Source of the DNA: a virus
IMG/VR virus record: IMGVR_UViG_3300042691_032784
Coordinates: 1 to 64,000 of that record
DNA: 64,000 nucleotides
Direction: 5' to 3' (one strand)
Shown: positions 59,970 through 64,000 of the stretch, in pieces
Position numbering within the stretch: position 1 is the first letter of the stretch
Layout of the letters: every line of letters begins with the position of its first letter
Program-made: the position numbers and the translations under genes
The notes under the pieces: generated by a model
What the model was told of the DNA's origin: nothing
The model's input: the letters and a program-made list of their open reading frames with translations, nothing else
Databases searched by the model: none

Positions 59970-60663
59970 AGATAATAGTAATAGTATATTTAGTATTAAT
60001 GAAAGAGGTTTATTAGAAATTAACAAACCTGAAGCTAGAGAAGTACCTGAATATAAAGCTCTTATTGCTAGAGATAAAGGTTCAGAAGGTGATGCTGATG
60101 GAAAAAAGAAGTTAAAAGCTTTTTTAGAGTTATTATATATTTATTTAATTTTAGACCCTAGAAGTATGTATTATAATTTTTCTATTCAAGAAAGAAGAGA
60201 AAAAGCTGTTAAACATTGTGGTCTTAAATCAGGAACTAAAGCTGAATGGAAAGAAGATGATTTAATTAGACAAGCAATGATTAGATATGAAATGGATTTA
60301 AAATTAGATTCTACTGCTAATGCTTATCTTGCTGCTGAAAAAAATCTACATAATACTGCTGAAAGTATTCATGATATTCAAAATAGTTTAGCTGATTTAA
60401 AAAGACAAACTAAAAATTTTATTAATAAATTATCTATTCAAGGAGAAGGAGGATTAGGAGATGTAGAAAGAATTAATAATATTACTCAAGTTAATGCTTT
60501 ATTGAATGAAATGATTAAAATTCAATTAGATACTAATAAAATTATTAAAGAACTTCCTAACATGGATGAAATCAAAAACAAATTATATGCTTCTTATGCA
60601 GAAACAGGAGGAAGTAAAAAATTAGTTATTGGTAATCGTGAATTAGGTAATAGAGAATTATAA
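59962..60663 (+). CDS. Conserved crAss-like protein of the terminase block
   Basis: LIARDK...A-x-x-E-L-x-Y-I-Y...DPRS-x-Y pattern; coiled-coil C-terminus. Confidence 0.6.
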   Translation: MNRDNSNSIFSINERGLLEINKPEAREVPEYKALIARDKGSEGDADGKKKLKAFLELLYIYLILDPRSMYYNFSIQERREKAVKHCGLKSGTKAEWKEDDLIRQAMIRYEMDLKLDSTANAYLAAEKNLHNTAESIHDIQNSLADLKRQTKNFINKLSIQGEGGLGDVERINNITQVNALLNEMIKIQLDTNKIIKELPNMDEIKNKLYASYAETGGSKKLVIGNRELGNREL

Positions 60664-60666
60664 AAT

Positions 60667-61014
60667 ATGGTACCATTAATTTTAATGCCTGTTAAAGTTA
60701 TAAATAATATAACTAATAAGTTTAATGGAGATATAGTTATTAAAGCTATTTCATTAAATATTGCTGTTATTAAAAGTATTTCAGAAGATGAAGATAGTGG
60801 TCATGCTAATATTGAACTGTATAATAATATGTCTGACGTAGAAAATCCTAATATTAAAACTGCTATTCCTTTTATTACTTTTATTAATCATTTAAATAAT
60901 ATGCAATTAGTAGATTTTACTTTTTATAATTATTGTATGTCTTATAGTGATGCTGTAGATGATTATATTAAAAAAGGAATAGAACTTAGTAAACAACAAG
61001 ACCTTAATAAATAA
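60667..61014 (+). CDS. Hypothetical protein
   Basis: 115 aa ORF. Confidence 0.55.
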   Translation: MVPLILMPVKVINNITNKFNGDIVIKAISLNIAVIKSISEDEDSGHANIELYNNMSDVENPNIKTAIPFITFINHLNNMQLVDFTFYNYCMSYSDAVDDYIKKGIELSKQQDLNK

Positions 61015-61018
61015 TAAA

Positions 61019-61954
61019 ATGGAAAATATATTATTTAATGAAGCAGAACATAAATATTATGATACAGAAGGAAAAATATATACTTCTGTAACTACTCTTA
61101 TAGGTCAATATACTAATACTTTTGATGAAGATTTTTGGGCTATTTATACTGCTTTAAAAGAAAAGAATTTTAAAGTTAAACCTCAACCTGAAGTTAGACA
61201 AATTTATGTAAATAATGTTTTATTTAAATCTGATGATTTAATTAGAGATGCTAGATTTAAAAATTGGTATGATGAAATTAAAGCTAGATGGAAAAGTATT
61301 AATTTTGAAGCTTGTGAAAGAGGAAATAATACTCATAATGAATTAGAATTAGGTATTAATCAAAGTAAAGGAGATTTGTTTGGTTTAACCAACAACAACA
61401 TATCTTCTAAGGGGGATAAAGTTTTAGCTACACAACATGATTTAGATAATACTATTATTAAATCTAAATATCCTGAAGTTTATATTAGACTTTCTGGATA
61501 TATTAATAATGGTTTTTCTATATTTGCTGAAAAGAAAGTTTTTCTTAAAGAATTTTTATTAGCAGGTATGATTGATGTTCCTTTAGTTAAAAATAAACAT
61601 TTTTGTATTCTTGATTGGAAAACTAATAAAGATGAACTTAAAACTAAAGCTGGATATTATAAAAAGTCTAAAATTGGAAATACTTGGGTTAAAACAGATA
61701 TATTTGTTGAAACAGGAGAATGTTTTAAGTTTCCTCTTAATCATCTTGAAGCTAGTAAATTTAATATTTATTCATTACAACTTAGTACTTATGCTTATAT
61801 TCTTGAACAATGGGGATATATATTAGTTAATAATGGACTTGAAATAATACATTTTCCTTTAGGTTCTTCACCTAAATTAATTAAAATTCCTTATTTAAAA
61901 AGAGAAGTAGAAATTATGTTAAATCACCATAAACAAAATATATTATGCAATTAG
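61019..61954 (+). CDS. PD-(D/E)XK family nuclease
   Basis: HKY...SVTTLI, RGNNTH, AGMID...ILDWKTNK, YSLQLSTY. Confidence 0.85.
   Translation: MENILFNEAEHKYYDTEGKIYTSVTTLIGQYTNTFDEDFWAIYTALKEKNFKVKPQPEVRQIYVNNVLFKSDDLIRDARFKNWYDEIKARWKSINFEACERGNNTHNELELGINQSKGDLFGLTNNNISSKGDKVLATQHDLDNTIIKSKYPEVYIRLSGYINNGFSIFAEKKVFLKEFLLAGMIDVPLVKNKHFCILDWKTNKDELKTKAGYYKKSKIGNTWVKTDIFVETGECFKFPLNHLEASKFNIYSLQLSTYAYILEQWGYILVNNGLEIIHFPLGSSPKLIKIPYLKREVEIMLNHHKQNILCN
61396..61418 (+). repeat. Dispersed motif copy 18
   Basis: caacatatcttctaagggggata. Confidence 0.7.
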
Positions 61955-62409
61955 GTTTATTTATAACACTAGATAATACATTAATTACTACTAGAAGTGG
62001 TAGAACTCATGCATTACATAGTGAAGATTGGAAATTTATTTCTGAAACTATTTATGCTATAAAAGATTATTATGATAAAGGTTATAAAATTTTTATTATT
62101 TGTAATCAATTTCAAATATCTCAAGGATTTACTCCTAAACTTGCTTTTGTTAAAAAATTAGAAGATATTATTGAAACTATTGAAAAAGATTTAAAACTTA
62201 AAAAAAATTCTATATCTTACGATTATAATATTGAAGAAGGTTTATATAGAACTTTACCTAATCCTGGTATTATTTATGAACTAGCAACTGATTTTGAAAT
62301 AGATGTAGTTAATTCTATTTTAATAGGAAGTTGTTATGCTGATAAACATACAGCTATTAATTCAGGAATAAAAAATTATATAACTGTTACTGATTTAGTT
62401 TATAATTAA
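61945..62409 (+). CDS. HAD-family polynucleotide 3'-phosphatase-like protein with degenerate active site
   Basis: LDNTLITTRSG, ICNQ, PNPG, IG...D fit HAD subclass IIIA, but catalytic residues are substituted. Confidence 0.7.
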   Translation: MQLGLFITLDNTLITTRSGRTHALHSEDWKFISETIYAIKDYYDKGYKIFIICNQFQISQGFTPKLAFVKKLEDIIETIEKDLKLKKNSISYDYNIEEGLYRTLPNPGIIYELATDFEIDVVNSILIGSCYADKHTAINSGIKNYITVTDLVYN

Positions 62410-62419
62410 ATAAAATTAT

Positions 62420-64000
62420 ATGAGAGCAATTACTTCACAAGCTTTTAATATTGTTAATTCTTTATCTGAGGAGACTATTAATAATTTAAGAACTCCTAAT
62501 AATATTCATGTATATAGAACTCCATATAAAGAAGTTCCTTTACAGGCTATTAATGTAGATACTGATAAGCTTACTATGTTTAATGCAGAAGATATTGCTT
62601 TTGTTAATACTTCTGGTTTTACAGAAACAGGTAGGAATTTTATTAAAACAGGTAAATATACTAATGCTCATCCTAAATTTGATAAAAGAGAATATAATGC
62701 ATTTTGGGATAGAGAAGAAGACCGTTGTAAAAATGGTATGAGTTTGCCTGGAAAATTAATGAAACGTGAAGATGGTACTCTATGTTTACAAAAAGTTCAT
62801 ATTACAGGTGAACATTATGGTTATCTTAATTTTGCTGAAATAAAACGTTCTAAAGAATTTGAAGTTAAAAAAGGAGCTCTTTATGGACCTGGTAGTGAAT
62901 TACTTAATTCTACACATAATGGTGGTCATACTAAATCTTTTAGTTTACCTTCTTTTTGGGATGGAGATTATTACTTTTTTAAAGCTATTGAACTATGCAG
63001 ACAAATTGGTAAACATTTAGTTGTTGGTAAAGCTCGTCGTAAAGGATATTCTTATAAAAATGGTTGGCTTGTTGCTAATTTAGCTAATTTTATTAGAAGA
63101 AGTACTTCTGTTGTAGGTGCTTATGATGCTGCATCTTTATTTGATGATGGTACTATGGTTAAAGTAATGAATTACCTTAACTTTATTAATAAACATACTG
63201 ATTGGAGTAAAGGTAGATTAGCTAATACATTAGAACATATAGAAATTGGATTTAGATATAAAGGAGATGAAGCTAAATATGGTTTCTTATCTAATATATA
63301 TACTGCTGTTCTTAAAACTAATCCAGGTGGAATGAGAGGTAAAGATGCTGATTTACTTCTATTAGAAGAAGCAGGTAAATGTCCTAATCTTTCTGCTGTA
63401 TTAGATGCAACTCTTAAAACTCTTACTGACGGTGCTTTTATTACAGGTCTTATGATTATATTTGGTACAGGTGGTGGTGAAGATAATTTATGGCAAGGTT
63501 TTGAAGATTTATTCTATGAATGTTATGCTAGAAATTTTGTAATGTTTAATAATGTTTGGGATGATGAAATGGAAGGAACAGGATGTGGATTTTTTCATGC
63601 TTCTTATATGAATAAACCTGGACTTATTGATAAACACGGTAATAGTGATATTGCTGGTAGTTTAGCTTTTGATGATTTTGAAAAAAGTTTATTAAAAAAT
63701 AGTCCTGCTAAACTTAATGCTCATGAAATGGAAGAACCTAGAAAACCTAGTGAAGCATTTAGTCGCTCTGTAAATAATATATTTCCTGCTAAAGAAATTA
63801 ATGAACAATTAAGAAGATGTTTACATGAACCTTCTTTACAAGGTATTGGAAGACAAGGTTTCTTTTTACAAAAAGAAGGAAATAAAATAGCATTTATAGA
63901 TAATAATAATGCTAATGCTTATGAAAAACAATTTATTTATCCTGAATTAAATAATTATCCTCTTAGACAAGAAGATAATGATTTAAGAGGTTGTTGGGTA
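62420..64000 (+). CDS. terL: Terminase large subunit (3'-truncated; absent from ORF track)
   Basis: ATG at 62420; FWDREEDRC, ITGEHYGYLNF, FWDGDY, KARRKGYSY (Walker A), LLLLEEAGK (Walker B), FGTGG. Confidence 0.92.
   Translation, partial: MRAITSQAFNIVNSLSEETINNLRTPNNIHVYRTPYKEVPLQAINVDTDKLTMFNAEDIAFVNTSGFTETGRNFIKTGKYTNAHPKFDKREYNAFWDREEDRCKNGMSLPGKLMKREDGTLCLQKVHITGEHYGYLNFAEIKRSKEFEVKKGALYGPGSELLNSTHNGGHTKSFSLPSFWDGDYYFFKAIELCRQIGKHLVVGKARRKGYSYKNGWLVANLANFIRRSTSVVGAYDAASLFDDGTMVKVMNYLNFINKHTDWSKGRLANTLEHIEIGFRYKGDEAKYGFLSNIYTAVLKTNPGGMRGKDADLLLLEEAGKCPNLSAVLDATLKTLTDGAFITGLMIIFGTGGGEDNLWQGFEDLFYECYARNFVMFNNVWDDEMEGTGCGFFHASYMNKPGLIDKHGNSDIAGSLAFDDFEKSLLKNSPAKLNAHEMEEPRKPSEAFSRSVNNIFPAKEINEQLRRCLHEPSLQGIGRQGFFLQKEGNKIAFIDNNNANAYEKQFIYPELNNYPLRQEDNDLRGCWV

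Noticed and set aside
5641-61418. Dispersed motif as CRISPR repeats or IS ends
   Set aside because: Copies are degenerate, far apart and embedded in intact genes; no spacer array, cas or transposase gene
28369-61826. Other short overlapping ORFs (28369, 31206, 32832, 36247, 37033, 40565, 40620, 51269, 57469, 57928, 58866, 61611)
   Set aside because: Overlap better-supported genes on the other strand or frame; no motifs
1-64000. Stop-codon reassignment as in some crAss-like phages
   Set aside because: Long genes are intact in the standard code; TAG at 11596 is followed by an in-frame TAA after seven codons, and no suppressor tRNA was seen
62420-64000. Intein or intron in TerL (also checked in PolA and RNAP)
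   Set aside because: Conserved motifs are contiguous, with no splicing or homing endonuclease signatures in the visible part

Overview
Very AT-rich fragment of a crAss-like (Crassvirales-type) podophage, most likely infecting a Bacteroidota host; two full TTTG-N19-TAnnTTTG promoters are present and the standard genetic code gives long ORFs. Layout: (+) 1-26.8 kb IHF-like gene, tail ring and muzzle genes, cargo proteins and a 5065-aa virion RNA polymerase; bidirectional terminator; (-) 26.9-52.5 kb nucleotide metabolism, repair and replication block (DUF932, dNMP kinase, ThyX, MazG-like dUTPase, spore-photoproduct-lyase-like radical SAM, GHKL ATPase, ligase, primase, RecT-like, DnaB-like, SF2 and SF1B helicases, PolA, DEDDh exonuclease, GroES); (-) 52.5-58.2 kb small genes separated by hairpin-rich or base-skewed non-coding DNA; divergent control region 58.2-59 kb; (+) 59-64 kb HU-like, PD-(D/E)XK nuclease, degenerate HAD phosphatase and TerL (truncated). 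The main unexplained signal is a ~24-bp bipartite motif, C(A/T)ACA-N5-7-TCTA-N1-3-GGGG(G)AAA, found by eye 18 times, mostly inside genes in different frames and on both strands, and arranged as inverted pairs every ~5-10 kb. All calls come from motif recognition; no database searches were run.
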